A stretch of DNA of 64,000 nucleotides from Gammaproteobacteria bacterium (GTDB lineage Bacteria; Pseudomonadota; Gammaproteobacteria; JAJFJF01), in assembly GCA_021774255.1 (NCBI GenBank), contig JAJFJF010000007.1, positions 33,133-97,132 on the forward strand. The letters run 5' to 3'. Made by a program: the position numbers and the translations under genes. The notes beneath the pieces are model-generated. The model saw nothing but the letters and a program-made list of their open reading frames with translations. It searched no databases and was not told the origin of the DNA. Below, in pieces: positions 19,279-30,731 of this stretch. Numbering within the stretch: the stretch's first letter is position 1; each line of letters begins with the position of its first letter.

Positions 19279-20621
19279 TGAAAACGATTATTTGGCACAG
19301 CCTCTCACCCAGCCAACACACTACCCTGCTGGCACGCCCCGCGCTGGCAGATGCTGCCGCTTTACGTGAGCAAACCCTACAGATTATTGAGCAAACACGT
19401 GCGCAAGGTGATGCCGCGCTGATTGCACTGACTCAAAAATATGACGGTGTGACGCTCACACCAGAGACGCTGCGTGTAGAGGCGAGCACGTTGGCGGCAG
19501 CCGCTGAGAAAATTACCACCGCTGCCAAGCAAGCCATTGACCACGCCTTTGATAACATCACGACTTTTCATCAAGCACAAGTGCCAATGCCAGTGCGCGT
19601 TGAGATACAAGCAGGCATTTGGTGCAGCAAAGCACCGCGCCCTATCGCGCGCGTGGGTTTATATATTCCAGGTGGCACGGCCATACTGCTTTCTACCGTG
19701 CTGATGCTGGGCGTGCCGGCACAACTGGCCGGCTGTGAGCAGCGCGTATTGTGCACGCCACCCAATCAAAGCGGCGACGTTGATCCGCATATTTTGTATG
19801 CCGCGCAGCGCTGTGGTATTACCCAAATTTTTAAAGCCGGTGGCGCGCAAGCGGTTGCCGCCATGGCGTATGGCACAGATACCGTGCCTAAAGTGGATAA
19901 AATCTTTGGCCCCGGCAACGCGTGGGTCACGCAAGCTAAATTGTTGGTTGCACAAGATCCACAAGGCGCTGCCTTTGACTTACCTGCCGGCCCTTCTGAA
20001 GTGATGGTAATTGCAGACAGCAGCGCCAACCCTGCTTTTGTGGCTGCGGATTTACTCTCACAAGCTGAGCATGGCGTAGACTCACAAGCGATTTGTGTGT
20101 GCACTTCAACAGCGCAAGCTGAAAACATTGCCGCCGCAGTCGATGCACAGCTGGCAACATTGCCACGCCAAGCGATTGCCGCACAGGCCTTGCAACATAG
20201 CAGCATTATTGTGGTGGAAGATGTGTCACAAGCCATTAGCATTGCCAATGACTATGCCGCCGAGCATTTGATTTTACAGCTGGATAACGCTGAACAATGG
20301 ATGGAAGCGATCACCGCCGCCGGCTCTGTGTTTTTAGGCCACTTTGCCCCTGAGTCGGTTGGCGATTATGCCAGCGGCACCAATCATGTGTTACCGACTT
20401 ACGGCTATGCCAAAAATTACAGCGGCTTATCGGTCAGTGATTTTATGACACAGATTACCTTTCAATCACTGACAGCAAAAGGTTTACAGCAACTAAGCCA
20501 CACCGTTGAAACCCTAGCAGAAATAGAAGGCTTGGCAGCACATCAACGTGCCGTGAGCCTACGCTGCGACTGTATTGCGGCGCAAGATGCTGATTTGCCC
20601 GCCACTGAAAAAACCATATAG
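19278..20621 (+). CDS. hisD: Histidinol dehydrogenase
   Basis: GLYIPGG, PAGPSEV, DLLSQAEH, GDYASGTNHVLPT. Confidence 0.95.
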   Translation: MKTIIWHSLSPSQHTTLLARPALADAAALREQTLQIIEQTRAQGDAALIALTQKYDGVTLTPETLRVEASTLAAAAEKITTAAKQAIDHAFDNITTFHQAQVPMPVRVEIQAGIWCSKAPRPIARVGLYIPGGTAILLSTVLMLGVPAQLAGCEQRVLCTPPNQSGDVDPHILYAAQRCGITQIFKAGGAQAVAAMAYGTDTVPKVDKIFGPGNAWVTQAKLLVAQDPQGAAFDLPAGPSEVMVIADSSANPAFVAADLLSQAEHGVDSQAICVCTSTAQAENIAAAVDAQLATLPRQAIAAQALQHSSIIVVEDVSQAISIANDYAAEHLILQLDNAEQWMEAITAAGSVFLGHFAPESVGDYASGTNHVLPTYGYAKNYSGLSVSDFMTQITFQSLTAKGLQQLSHTVETLAEIEGLAAHQRAVSLRCDCIAAQDADLPATEKTI

Positions 20622-20631
20622 AGACACACCC

Positions 20632-21699
20632 ATGGATGCATTGCTTGCCTTAGCGCGACCCGATATTCAAAAACTCGTCCCGTATGTCTCTGCTGGCCAT
20701 GAAAACAGATCTGGCAATATTTACCTTAATGCCAATGAAAATCCTTTTACGCTGAATAGCAGCGCGGCTGATGCAGCTTTTAACCGTTACCCTGCGCCAC
20801 AGCCACCTGAATTAGTCTCTGTTTTGCGTAATCTCTATTCCGTGGATGACACTGCGCTTTTGATCACACGCGGCAGTGACGAAGCGATTGATTTATTATT
20901 GCGCGTGTTTTGCCGTGCGGGCATTGATGCGATATTAACCTGTTCGCCCACTTACGGGATGTACCCTGTTTCGGCAGGCATACAAGGCGCGCGTATTGTG
21001 GATGTGCCCTTGCGCCAAGCAGACGGCTTCAGCATCGACACGCAAGCGATCCTCGAACGCTGGGATGAGACTATCAAGCTTATCTTTCTGTGCTCACCTA
21101 ATAACCCCACGGGCAATGTCTTATCGCGTGATGCTATTTTACATTTGTGTGGTGCTTTAAGTGATAAAGCTTTAGTAGTGGTAGATGAAGCCTATATTGA
21201 ATTTGCTGACACACCCAGCCTCACACAAGACTTAAAAAACAATCCTAATCTTGTGGTGCTGCGCACACTCTCAAAGGCCTATGGTTTGGCGGGTGCGCGC
21301 TGTGGTGCGGTGCTGGCCCACCCGGCTATCATTGCGTTGCTTGCCAAAGTGATCCCGCCCTACCCTTTATCTACACCGACGGTACTGGCTATCCGCGATC
21401 ATCTGACACCTGACTATTTAACCAATGCCACCGCGCAAGTGAAGGTCCTGAATCAAGAGCGTGAACAGCTGCGCGCCTTTCTGAACAATTTGCCTTTTGT
21501 GAAACAGGTTTACCCCAGCGATGCGAATTTTATTTTAGTTGAAGTCAATGATGCCGCTGCTTTAATGCAACACTGTGAAGACGAAGGTGTTATTTTACGT
21601 GACCGTAGCCAAATGCCAGGTTTAGAAAACTGCGTGCGTATTTCCATTGGCACCCCCGAAGAAAATGCTTATTTAAAAGAGGTACTCACCCGTGTCTAA
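20632..21699 (+). CDS. hisC: Histidinol-phosphate aminotransferase
   Basis: [35 protein letters not shown]. Confidence 0.95.
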   Translation: MDALLALARPDIQKLVPYVSAGHENRSGNIYLNANENPFTLNSSAADAAFNRYPAPQPPELVSVLRNLYSVDDTALLITRGSDEAIDLLLRVFCRAGIDAILTCSPTYGMYPVSAGIQGARIVDVPLRQADGFSIDTQAILERWDETIKLIFLCSPNNPTGNVLSRDAILHLCGALSDKALVVVDEAYIEFADTPSLTQDLKNNPNLVVLRTLSKAYGLAGARCGAVLAHPAIIALLAKVIPPYPLSTPTVLAIRDHLTPDYLTNATAQVKVLNQEREQLRAFLNNLPFVKQVYPSDANFILVEVNDAAALMQHCEDEGVILRDRSQMPGLENCVRISIGTPEENAYLKEVLTRV

Positions 21700-22762
21700 A
21701 CGCAAACTACTCTTTATTGACCGTGATGGTACGTTAATTAATGAACCGGCTGATCAACAGATCGATTGCTTGACCAAACTTGCATTTGAACCGGATGTTA
21801 TCCCTTCTTTACTTGCTTTAAAAAAGGCTGGTTACGGTTTTGTGATGGTCAGTAACCAAGATGGGTTAGGCACCGACTCTCTGCCGCAAGAAAAATTTGA
21901 TCCACCGCATGATTTAATGATGAACATTTTACTGAGCCAAGGCATTGCCTTTGAAGATGTGCATATTTGCCCGCATTTACCCGAAGACAAATGCAAGTGC
22001 CGCAAACCACAGGTGGGGCTACTCTATGACTATTTACGTGATGACAGCCTTGACCGTGCTGGCTCAGCGGTCATTGGCGACAGAGAAACCGATCTGCAAC
22101 TCGCTGAAAATCTCGGTGTGCAAGGCATTTTATATGGCCAGCAACACAGCTGGTCTGATATCGTGCGAGAATTAACCACTCACGCCCGCCGCGCTAACGT
22201 TGAGCGCGTGACCAATGAAACTAATATTAACGTGTCTGTTGATTTAGATCACAGTGGCGACATTCGTGTCAGCACGGGCTTAGGCTTTTTTGATCATATG
22301 CTAGAGCAACTCGCCAAGCACGGTGGTTTTAATGTAGACCTACAAGTCAAAGGCGATCTACACATCGACGAGCATCACACGGTAGAAGATACTGCGCTGG
22401 CGTTAGGGCAAGCCTTACGGGAGGCACTCGGCGACAAACGAGGAATTGGCCGCTATGGTTTCTTACTCCCCATGGACGAAACACTCGCGCAAGTGGCGCT
22501 GGATTTAAGCGGCCGGCCTTATTTTGTATTTGAAGGCAAATTTCCCCGTGATGATATTGGCGAGTTACCGACTGAACTCGTACCACACTTTTTCCGTTCG
22601 TTGAGCGATACACTGGGCGCCAATTTACACCTGCAAGTACAAGGTGATAATACGCACCATATGGTAGAGAGCTTATTTAAAGGCACTGGCCGCGCGTTGC
22701 GTATGGCGTTTCAAAAAACAGATAATAGCGCCGAATTGCCCACGACAAAGGGAACTTTATGA
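21692..22762 (+). CDS. hisB: Bifunctional histidinol-phosphatase/imidazoleglycerol-phosphate dehydratase
   Basis: HAD motif FIDRDGT plus IGPD motifs DEHHTVED and NTHHMVE. Confidence 0.95.
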   Translation: MSKRKLLFIDRDGTLINEPADQQIDCLTKLAFEPDVIPSLLALKKAGYGFVMVSNQDGLGTDSLPQEKFDPPHDLMMNILLSQGIAFEDVHICPHLPEDKCKCRKPQVGLLYDYLRDDSLDRAGSAVIGDRETDLQLAENLGVQGILYGQQHSWSDIVRELTTHARRANVERVTNETNINVSVDLDHSGDIRVSTGLGFFDHMLEQLAKHGGFNVDLQVKGDLHIDEHHTVEDTALALGQALREALGDKRGIGRYGFLLPMDETLAQVALDLSGRPYFVFEGKFPRDDIGELPTELVPHFFRSLSDTLGANLHLQVQGDNTHHMVESLFKGTGRALRMAFQKTDNSAELPTTKGTL

Positions 22763-23349
22763 TTGCCATCGTTGACAGCGGCGGCGCCAATATCACTTCG
22801 ATCCGCTTTGCCTTTGAGCGTTTAGGTGTGGAAACAGCGCTCACCGCTTGCCCAAAAGTGATACAACAAGCCAGTCATGTCATTTTACCTGGCGTGGGCG
22901 CAGCACAAGACGCCATGGTGCGCCTGGAACAACATGGCTTATGCGATACGCTGCGTTCGCTCACACAGCCAGTGCTGGGGATCTGTTTAGGGATGCAGCT
23001 GCTCTACGATTATTCTGAAGAAGGTGACACCGCGTGTTTAGGCATACTCCCTGGTCGCATCAAAGCCCTACCAGCACAACCCGGTATTACCGTGCCGCAC
23101 ATGGGTTGGAACACACTTCAACAGCAACAGGGATCCCCTTTACTCAAGGGCATTGCTGACAACCGCTACGTCTACTTTGTGCATGGTTTTATTGCGCCTG
23201 TGACTGAGCACAGCTGCGCCACCAGTCACCATGGCCAAACGTTTACGGCTATTACCCAAAAAGACAATTTTTTCGGCGCCCAGTTTCACCCTGAACGCTC
23301 AGGCGCCGCGGGTGCGCAGATCCTGAAAAACTTTTACGAGGCCTGTTAA
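22759..23349 (+). CDS. hisH: IGP synthase glutaminase subunit
   Basis: LPGVG, GICLGMQ, PHMGWN, QFHPE. Confidence 0.95.
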   Translation: MIAIVDSGGANITSIRFAFERLGVETALTACPKVIQQASHVILPGVGAAQDAMVRLEQHGLCDTLRSLTQPVLGICLGMQLLYDYSEEGDTACLGILPGRIKALPAQPGITVPHMGWNTLQQQQGSPLLKGIADNRYVYFVHGFIAPVTEHSCATSHHGQTFTAITQKDNFFGAQFHPERSGAAGAQILKNFYEAC

Positions 23350-23360
23350 GGAAAACCATC

Positions 23361-24089
23361 ATGGAAATTTACCCCGCCATCGACTTACGCGCCGGCCAAT
23401 GTGTACGCTTACTCAAAGGTGATTTTAATCAAGCCACACATTACCATGATGATCCACTCGCCATGGCAGATGACTTTGCTGCGCAAGGTGCAAAATGGCT
23501 GCATGTCATTGATTTAGACGGCGCCGAGCAAGGTAAAACACAACAAAGCAAGATTATTAAAAAAATCGTGCGCCATACTGATTTGCTTGTGCAGGTGGGC
23601 GGTGGCATTCGCAAAACCGATCACATCAAACAATTGCTCGATAGCGGCGCTTCTCGCGTGATCATCGGCAGCTTAGCCGTTTCAGCACCTGATACCGTGA
23701 TGAAATGGTTTAAGCAATTTGGCAGCGAGCATATCGTGTTGGCACTGGATATTCGTTACCACACCGATAAACAGCCTTATATTGCCACCCACGGTTGGCA
23801 AGACTTAAGTGATATCAAGCTATTTGACTTGATCGCGCAGTATCAATCTGCAGGCTTAAAGCATATTTTATGTACCGATATTGATCGCGATGGTACTTTA
23901 GAAGGCCCTAATCTTAACCTATACCACAGCTTAACAGAGCAGTTTCCTGAACTGCATCTGCAGGCCTCGGGGGGCATTGGGCAACTCAGCGATTTAGAAA
24001 AATTACGCAGGATCCCTGCCGCAGGCGCGATTGTTGGTCGCGCGCTTTATGAAAAAAAATTTACTTTGCAAGAAGCCTTAACATGCTAG
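23361..24089 (+). CDS. hisA: ProFAR isomerase
   Basis: [31 protein letters not shown]. Confidence 0.95.
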   Translation: MEIYPAIDLRAGQCVRLLKGDFNQATHYHDDPLAMADDFAAQGAKWLHVIDLDGAEQGKTQQSKIIKKIVRHTDLLVQVGGGIRKTDHIKQLLDSGASRVIIGSLAVSAPDTVMKWFKQFGSEHIVLALDIRYHTDKQPYIATHGWQDLSDIKLFDLIAQYQSAGLKHILCTDIDRDGTLEGPNLNLYHSLTEQFPELHLQASGGIGQLSDLEKLRRIPAAGAIVGRALYEKKFTLQEALTC

Positions 24090-24850
24090 CAAAACGTATT
24101 ATCCCTTGTTTAGATGTCAGAGACGGTCAAGTCGTCAAAGGCGTGCGCTTTCGTGAGCACCGTGTTGTGGGTGATATTATTGAATTGGCGCAGCGCTATC
24201 AACAAGCCGGCGCTGATGAGCTTGTGTTTTATGACATCACAGCCAGCACGCAAGCACGCACCGCCGATCCGGCGTGGATTAGCGCGATTGCACGCGTGAT
24301 TGACATCCCCTTTTGTGTGGCGGGCGGCATTCGCGACATTGAAAGCGCGCGCACGATTTTGCACGCGGGTGCTGATAAAATTTCAATTAACTCCCCTGCG
24401 CTGGAAAATCCTGATTTGATCAGCGCACTGGCCCGCACTTTTGGCCAGCAATGCGTCGTCGTCGGCATTGATAGCCATCAAACAGACAATGATTATTACG
24501 TGCATCAATATACGGGCGACGAAAGCACACAACGTGCCACTGCGCGCCGTACCTTTGATTGGGTAAAAGAAGTCGAAAGTTTGGGCGCCGGCGAAATTGT
24601 ATTAAACTGCATGAATCAAGACGGCGTGCGTGAAGGTTATGACATTGCGCAATTGCATGCCGTACGCCAGCAAACCTCGCTACCACTCATCGCCTCGGGC
24701 GGCGCAGGTAGCCAAGATCATTTCGCCCAAGTTTTCACCCAAGCGGATGTCGATGGCGCCTTAGCCGCCAGCGTCTTCCACAGTGGTGAACTGCCCATTT
24801 CAGACTTAAAACAATTTCTCGCAGAACAGAATATCGAGGTAAGACAATGA
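24083..24850 (+). CDS. hisF: IGP synthase cyclase subunit
   Basis: [31 protein letters not shown]. Confidence 0.95.
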   Translation: MLAKRIIPCLDVRDGQVVKGVRFREHRVVGDIIELAQRYQQAGADELVFYDITASTQARTADPAWISAIARVIDIPFCVAGGIRDIESARTILHAGADKISINSPALENPDLISALARTFGQQCVVVGIDSHQTDNDYYVHQYTGDESTQRATARRTFDWVKEVESLGAGEIVLNCMNQDGVREGYDIAQLHAVRQQTSLPLIASGGAGSQDHFAQVFTQADVDGALAASVFHSGELPISDLKQFLAEQNIEVRQ

Positions 24851-25452
24851 GTGCACCACTTCATGAACAATTAGATTGGGATAAACAAGCAGGTTTAATG
24901 CCTGCCGTGGTACAAGATGCTGATACCTTGCAAGTGCTCATGTTAGGCTATATGAATGCTGAAGCCTTAAAGCAGACACTCGCCAGCCAGCAAGTGACTT
25001 TCTACAGCCGCAGCAAACAGCGTCTTTGGACCAAAGGCGAAACCTCAGGTAATACGCTGCAGCTTATTGATATCATGCCCGACTGCGACAACGACACCCT
25101 ACTCGTTCGCGCCAAACCCACCGGCCCCAGCTGTCACCTTAACAACACCAGCTGCTTTGGCACCCTCGATGCCCCGGGTGTGGGTTTTTTAAGCAAGCTT
25201 GCCGGCACCATTGCCCAGCGCCATGAGACCCGCCCAGAGAAGAGCTATACCACCACGCTGTTTGAAGCAGGTGTTAAGCGCATTGCGCAGAAAGTCGGTG
25301 AAGAAGGCGTGGAAGTGGCGCTTGCCGCCATGACCGACTCTCGCGAAGAGCTCACTGCTGAGGCCGCTGACTTGCTCTATCACCTGCTCGTGCTGTTAAA
25401 AGCCAAAGACATCCCGCTTTCTGACGTGATGTCTCTGCTACAAAGCCGCTAA
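24847..25452 (+). CDS. hisI: Bifunctional PR-AMP cyclohydrolase/PR-ATP pyrophosphatase
   Basis: [32 protein letters not shown]. Confidence 0.95.
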   Translation: MSAPLHEQLDWDKQAGLMPAVVQDADTLQVLMLGYMNAEALKQTLASQQVTFYSRSKQRLWTKGETSGNTLQLIDIMPDCDNDTLLVRAKPTGPSCHLNNTSCFGTLDAPGVGFLSKLAGTIAQRHETRPEKSYTTTLFEAGVKRIAQKVGEEGVEVALAAMTDSREELTAEAADLLYHLLVLLKAKDIPLSDVMSLLQSR

Positions 25453-25475
25453 TCACCACCCCTTCCCATCTGGCT

Positions 25476-25507
25476 CGCTAGGCTTATTTAACACAACAAG
25501 CCTAGCG
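25476..25507. terminator. Hairpin downstream of the his operon
   Basis: cgctaggctt...aagcctagcg, 10-bp stem, no clear U tract. Confidence 0.4.
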
Positions 25508-25604
25508 CCTATTGTTCCCTGAAACAGCGTCACCAAAAAATTTCTTTTATTATCAGCTGGTTATCAAAGGTTCGCGCCTCTCCAGCAGGCAAGTCATAAC
25601 CTTC

Positions 25605-25649
25605 TGAGTTAAAACATTTTAAGTTAACGTATTTTGAGTTAAAACACTT
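25605..25649. repeat. Three imperfect 15-bp tandem repeats
   Basis: tgagttaaaacattt / taagttaacgtattt / tgagttaaaacactt. Confidence 0.65.
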
Positions 25650-25684
25650 TGACTCAGTTGCTTACGAGTTATGAGGAAAGGTAT

Positions 25685-26344
25685 TTAAAGCAGATGCAAA
25701 ATATAATCATCACCCGCTTTCCAGCTGCGCTTGGTAAGCGGGTTGCTGGTGCAATATTTTGCTGCATCAAAATCAACATAACGATACATGAGATGATCAT
25801 CGCGCCCTTTCGGGATCCCCAAACGGCGCGTGTTAATTAACTTTTTCGGTCGATAGCCCACATCTTCCACATAAAATGTTTTCTTGTCGAAAGGCTGTGC
25901 GTTCCACTGTGGTACTTTTAAATTTAATGATTTACACATCAAGGTTTGGCCTGCACAAAGCTTATGCAGTGGCCTTGTTTCACCCGACGGCAGCGGATTT
26001 AAAACCTGCATGGCTTCAATTGTTTTTTGAGGTGAACGCCTGTCGGTATGCGGGTAAGCGGATTTTACCAGCACCGCATTGCCCTCACCCCCACAGCTGA
26101 TATTGAGCGAATCGCCCCCGCGCGAGTAGTACATATAAATCGTGCCGGCCGCCATAAACATCGCGCGCCGGCTGGGCGTATGCCCTTTTGAAGAATGACT
26201 GGCTTTTTCATTTAAGTAATAACTTTCAGTTTCAATAATACGCGCCGCCAACCATTGCCCTTGGTAGCGATGTCGCAGCACTTTACCAATCAACTCTTGG
26301 GCAACAATACACGCATCCCGGTTAAAAAAGTCTTTTGTTAGCAT
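25685..26344 (-). CDS. mpg: DNA-3-methyladenine glycosylase (AAG/MPG family)
   Basis: FFNRDACIVAQELIGK, IIETESY, GTIYMY, RRLGI. Confidence 0.85.
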   Translation of the reverse strand: MLTKDFFNRDACIVAQELIGKVLRHRYQGQWLAARIIETESYYLNEKASHSSKGHTPSRRAMFMAAGTIYMYYSRGGDSLNISCGGEGNAVLVKSAYPHTDRRSPQKTIEAMQVLNPLPSGETRPLHKLCAGQTLMCKSLNLKVPQWNAQPFDKKTFYVEDVGYRPKKLINTRRLGIPKGRDDHLMYRYVDFDAAKYCTSNPLTKRSWKAGDDYILHLL

Positions 26345-26397
26345 GAAGTCATTGTGCAATAGCGGCTAAAAATTTTCCACTGCCATCAATCTAAAAC

Positions 26398-26414
26398 TTA
26401 CCCGTGGTTGTTAC
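26398..26414 (+). promoter_or_regulatory. TTAC-N7-TGTTAC element upstream of 26500..28218
   Basis: aaacTTACccgtggtTGTTAC, exact match, 85 nt before the ATG. Confidence 0.65.
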
Positions 26415-26499
26415 TCCACTTGTGTAGATAGAAAGTTTACTAAACATTTTCTGTTCTCTTTTTGAGAAAAACCACTGACATCCCTCTTCCGCCTTTAAA

Positions 26500-28218
26500 A
26501 TGACAACGCTCAAGTACTGTTTTCTACTCGTGCTTCTTCTAAGCTGCAAGATCAACAGCAGCAAAGGCCAAACACCCATAAGCAGCTGCAGCCTCTGGAC
26601 CAGCACGCTGGGGGCAAATCTTGGGGGAAGCTTTATCCTCACAGCAGATCTCGATTGCTCAATGCTTACCCTAGCACCCATTGGCTCAACATCAAACTGT
26701 TTTACCGGCACGCTAGAAGGCAATGGCTACAAAATCATCGCCCCAACCATTGATCAAGTTAACCGCTTTGACACTGCTTTATTTGCTTGCCTCGCAGGCG
26801 CTAGCATTGGTAATGTGATGATAGAACAGCCAAGCGTCGACTGGGCAGCTACGCGATCAGATCGGCTTGGCTTCTTAGCGGGCAGTGCCCTCAACACTGA
26901 CATTCACAACTGCACAGTGAATGGCGGCCTGCTAGATCTTAATAACGGCGACCGAGGTGGCAGCGCAGTAGGCGCTTTGGTTGGTCGCTTTGAAGGAGGC
27001 TCTATAACAGGTTGCGGTGTACTTAATACTCTCGTAGGCTCAGACAACACAAACACCGTCGGCATCCTTGTCGGAGAATTGCTCGGCAGCGCACTACTTG
27101 ATGGTTGTTACAGTGCCAATAATGAAGTCTGGGCTTTCCAACTCGCGGGCAGCATGATTGGCACTTGTGTTGCCTCAATAGTCACAAGAAGTTTTTCATC
27201 AGACACTGATCTCATCACCGTTGTACAAGATAAGGGCGCTGGTTTTGCTGGCTCTTCTTGCAGCTGCACATTTGGAAATGATTACTCTCTATCTACTGTT
27301 CATGGACCTAACAGTGTTTCAACGGTTGCAGGATTTCTTGGACAAGCCATTGCAGAAACACAAACAGGCGCAGGTGATTGCACAGAGACGATTATTAATA
27401 ATTGCTACCGCGCAGGCAGGCTAAACGCCACTGGACTGAGTGGATTTTTTGGCCAAGGTGATGCCGTTGGCGGTAATTGCAACACCCTTTTTTGGGACGA
27501 GCAATTGGACTTTTCTCCTTCGTGCCCCTCGTCCCCGCCTGCTGCAACTTGCGATCCCTATGCCATCCCACTTTGCACAGATGCTATGCAGAGCCCGACA
27601 ACCTACACAACAGCAAATTGGCCTGAAACAACTTGGCTGTTGCTTGAAGGAGAATATCCTAGTCTGCAAAGCGTTTCCTTTGAAACGCAAACGTTTTCTT
27701 CGTCCCCAAGTAGGTCAGAAAGTATGTCAGCATCACCTTCACAATCACAGTCATCTTCGCCTAGTCAATCGCAAAGTATGTCAGCATCGGCATCGCCTAC
27801 ACCAGAGCCTCCCGCAAAAGATTGCGAACTTGATGGTTTGGAATACACAACTATTGTGCTTTGTTCACTCTTCTTCGGCTTCTTTCTAACTATTGTAGCT
27901 GGCTATCATTCTGCTTATTTATGGGATCATTATCAAAATTTTAGTCAGAATATACAATCTCAGCGCACAGTGAGAATCTTTCTTGCTGCATTTCTTATTA
28001 GCATTGTGTTTGTTTTTGCTTCGCTTTCTGTGGACCAAGGTAGAGCAGATGAGAGTCAACAAAAAGCCTGTATAAACACAGCTGCTCGTGCCACATTTTT
28101 TAGTGTTTTAAGTGCATTAACGGGAGTGATATTAGGCTATATTGGTAATGAAATAAGAAAACATTTCAAAGCGCAAAGAGCCAGACGCCGCGCTGTCGGG
28201 CAAACCCCTCTCCAATAA
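26500..28218 (+). CDS. Cys-rich GLUG-type beta-solenoid protein with Ser/Pro stalk and 3 C-terminal TM helices
   Basis: LTADLDC...FTGTLEGNGYKI, VGALVG repeats, SPSQSQS linker, three hydrophobic segments. Confidence 0.75.
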   Translation: MTTLKYCFLLVLLLSCKINSSKGQTPISSCSLWTSTLGANLGGSFILTADLDCSMLTLAPIGSTSNCFTGTLEGNGYKIIAPTIDQVNRFDTALFACLAGASIGNVMIEQPSVDWAATRSDRLGFLAGSALNTDIHNCTVNGGLLDLNNGDRGGSAVGALVGRFEGGSITGCGVLNTLVGSDNTNTVGILVGELLGSALLDGCYSANNEVWAFQLAGSMIGTCVASIVTRSFSSDTDLITVVQDKGAGFAGSSCSCTFGNDYSLSTVHGPNSVSTVAGFLGQAIAETQTGAGDCTETIINNCYRAGRLNATGLSGFFGQGDAVGGNCNTLFWDEQLDFSPSCPSSPPAATCDPYAIPLCTDAMQSPTTYTTANWPETTWLLLEGEYPSLQSVSFETQTFSSSPSRSESMSASPSQSQSSSPSQSQSMSASASPTPEPPAKDCELDGLEYTTIVLCSLFFGFFLTIVAGYHSAYLWDHYQNFSQNIQSQRTVRIFLAAFLISIVFVFASLSVDQGRADESQQKACINTAARATFFSVLSALTGVILGYIGNEIRKHFKAQRARRRAVGQTPLQ

Positions 28219-29040
28219 CAACACAGCCACCATCTGGAACAGGAGCAGCAACTACCTCCACCACTGCTTCAGCAAGTGGTGCTCATACCTAATCCCCCTT
28301 CCAAGGCAAGCGAACCAGTGTCCGATCTCCCATCAGACATCCCTGCTCAATTTGGATGACCAGTCTCTGCGCTGTCACCCCTAGAAACTAGCAACACAGC
28401 CCCTGGTCACGCGCACTTTTCAGTGCGAACACTTTTTGCTAAATGATGGTCTCAAGCTTGAGGTGCAACACTGGAGGGTTAATGTGAGTCATCATACAAG
28501 ATTGGGAACACTTACCCGGAGGTATTGCACTTACTAATTGAATCCAAGGGAAAAAAAAAGAAAAATACTTTGTTATTTTGCTAAATAATTTTTATCCCTA
28601 ATTTCTATACAAAAGCCACAATAGCATTGTTAATTTTTCCACTTTATTCCCGATAGAACTGTTTTTTATGCCTCTTATACCTGAAAAACTGTAAAGTACA
28701 CTTTGCAGTTTTGGGGTGATTTTGTAATGTGCTCTTGACATTTTTCATGTCAGATTGCAGTAAAAATTACTGCAATGACTAGGTTAAAAAGAGAAGAAAT
28801 AATGAAAAAACTTATTATTAAACAACAGATAATGTTAATTTTTCATTAAATGATGGCCTGCATCCTATCTCAGCTGGTACTTGAAAAACAGATACCTTTG
28901 CTTTAATTTACTCTTTTTGAGAAACAGAATAGTTTAAATTAACACCTGACTTTAGCTTAACAAGCAAAATTATAGTAATTAATATAACTTAAAATGAGCT
29001 GATATACGCTATCGCTCTATGCCACACAGGATGACATACC

Positions 29041-30603
29041 ATGCTTACAAATAAAAAAACGTCTATCAGTATTAGTGCGCTAATATCTTTGACCCTCACA
29101 ACCCTTGCGTCGTACGCAAGCTCCAATGATTACCTTCCTGTAATTAGCATCTCAAATTGCGCTGAGCTGCAAACAGCATTATTGGAGCAGCCGCAAGCTA
29201 ACTATGAGCTAAGCACAAGCTTCAGTTGCGAAGGATACGACTTTGGTGACGGCCTTGGTTTTATGCCTATTGGTAGCGAACATATCCCTTTTACGGGTTC
29301 GCTTGATGGCAACGGCCACACCATCAGCCACTTACACATTCACAGAAATTCATTAGATTGTACCGGATTATTTGGCTACGCAGTGGGTGGTACTATTAAA
29401 AATTTATCTCTGACTGCTGTCGAGATTAATGGTCACTCATTTGTTGGTGGTTTGATTGGATGTGGTGAAAAGTTGAACATTGAAGATGTCAATATCTCTG
29501 GAAAAGTAGCTGGCTTTATCGACGAGCAAAATCCCAGCTACTATACGGCTAACCATATCGGTGGCCTAATAGGCCACAGCGAACAAGGCTCCTTATATAA
29601 TATTTCAACTGATGTTGAAGTGTCGGGCACTATTGGTGTCAGTGGAATAGCGGGCTACAGCAAAGAAAACTCTATATCTGATATTTTAGTTAACGCTGAT
29701 ATACTTGGCTATCAGTCTCTTGGCGGAGTAGTTGGTTATAGTGATACCAATATGATCAGTCATAGCGATGTATCAGGCATGCTAACGGCTACTCTTTTTA
29801 ATCTTTCTGGCTATGCAGGAGGACTGGTAGGTTATGACCGCGGCAGCAGTCACATATTTAACACCCACACTGTAGTAACCATCAGAGGAGAGATACGACT
29901 AGGTGGATTAGTTGGATATGCGCACCTTGGAGGATTAACCGTTACAGCTAGCAGTGCCACAGGAGAAATTATTCAGACTGGCAGCCCGCCTTGCGCTAAC
30001 ATCGGAGGACTTATTGGCACAGCGTATAGCACTACTATTGTTGACAGTGCTGCTACTACCAATGTGATAGCCAACACATCCGGAAATACAGGCAACTTTG
30101 TCGGGGGGTTAGTAGGCTCCATGAGTGGTGCTGTTTACAACAGTTATGCTGAAGGTACCGTTATTGGTTACAGCGGCGTTGGAGGTCTATATGGGTATAA
30201 CAATGGTGCGTTTACTACAGATAGCTATGCAACAGGTAGCGTTTCTGGTGTTCAGCGTGTTGGAGGATTAATCGGATACCGTGCTGGTGGCTCAATCAAT
30301 AATAGTTATGCTACGGGTCATGTCTCTGGTGATGACTTAGAGACTACTGGTGGCCTAGTTGGCTTCGAGCGTAGCACTACAGCACAAACCATTAATAATA
30401 GCTATTGGAATATAGAAACCACTGGGCAAACAAGCTCAGCCGGTGGTGGAATAGGTATAAATACAACGCAAGAGATGCAACAAAGAATGACTTACTCAGG
30501 GTGGGACTTTTGGGGATACAGTGAAACACCTGTTTGGGTAATCGACGAAGGAAAAGATTACCCTCGCCTCTTGTGGGAATTTACAACGACTGAAGAGAAT
30601 TGA
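29041..30603 (+). CDS. Secreted GLUG-motif protein
   Basis: Sec signal (KK then hydrophobic), FTGSLDGNGHTI, many VGGLVG repeats, SYWNIETTGQ. SD agga. Confidence 0.8.
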   Translation: MLTNKKTSISISALISLTLTTLASYASSNDYLPVISISNCAELQTALLEQPQANYELSTSFSCEGYDFGDGLGFMPIGSEHIPFTGSLDGNGHTISHLHIHRNSLDCTGLFGYAVGGTIKNLSLTAVEINGHSFVGGLIGCGEKLNIEDVNISGKVAGFIDEQNPSYYTANHIGGLIGHSEQGSLYNISTDVEVSGTIGVSGIAGYSKENSISDILVNADILGYQSLGGVVGYSDTNMISHSDVSGMLTATLFNLSGYAGGLVGYDRGSSHIFNTHTVVTIRGEIRLGGLVGYAHLGGLTVTASSATGEIIQTGSPPCANIGGLIGTAYSTTIVDSAATTNVIANTSGNTGNFVGGLVGSMSGAVYNSYAEGTVIGYSGVGGLYGYNNGAFTTDSYATGSVSGVQRVGGLIGYRAGGSINNSYATGHVSGDDLETTGGLVGFERSTTAQTINNSYWNIETTGQTSSAGGGIGINTTQEMQQRMTYSGWDFWGYSETPVWVIDEGKDYPRLLWEFTTTEEN

Positions 30604-30676
30604 GCAGGCAATACTTACAGCCGCATTCTTAAACTTCCCCAGTGCAGAAAACAAAATAAATTTGCCTTCCATCAAT

Positions 30677-30703
30677 AAAAAAGCCCCATTCAATGGGGCT
30701 TTT
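30677..30703. terminator. Bidirectional terminator
   Basis: aaaaaagccccatt-c-aatggggctttt. Confidence 0.8.
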
Positions 30704-30731
30704 GCAAAACTACCTGGCGGCTGCCAGTGTC

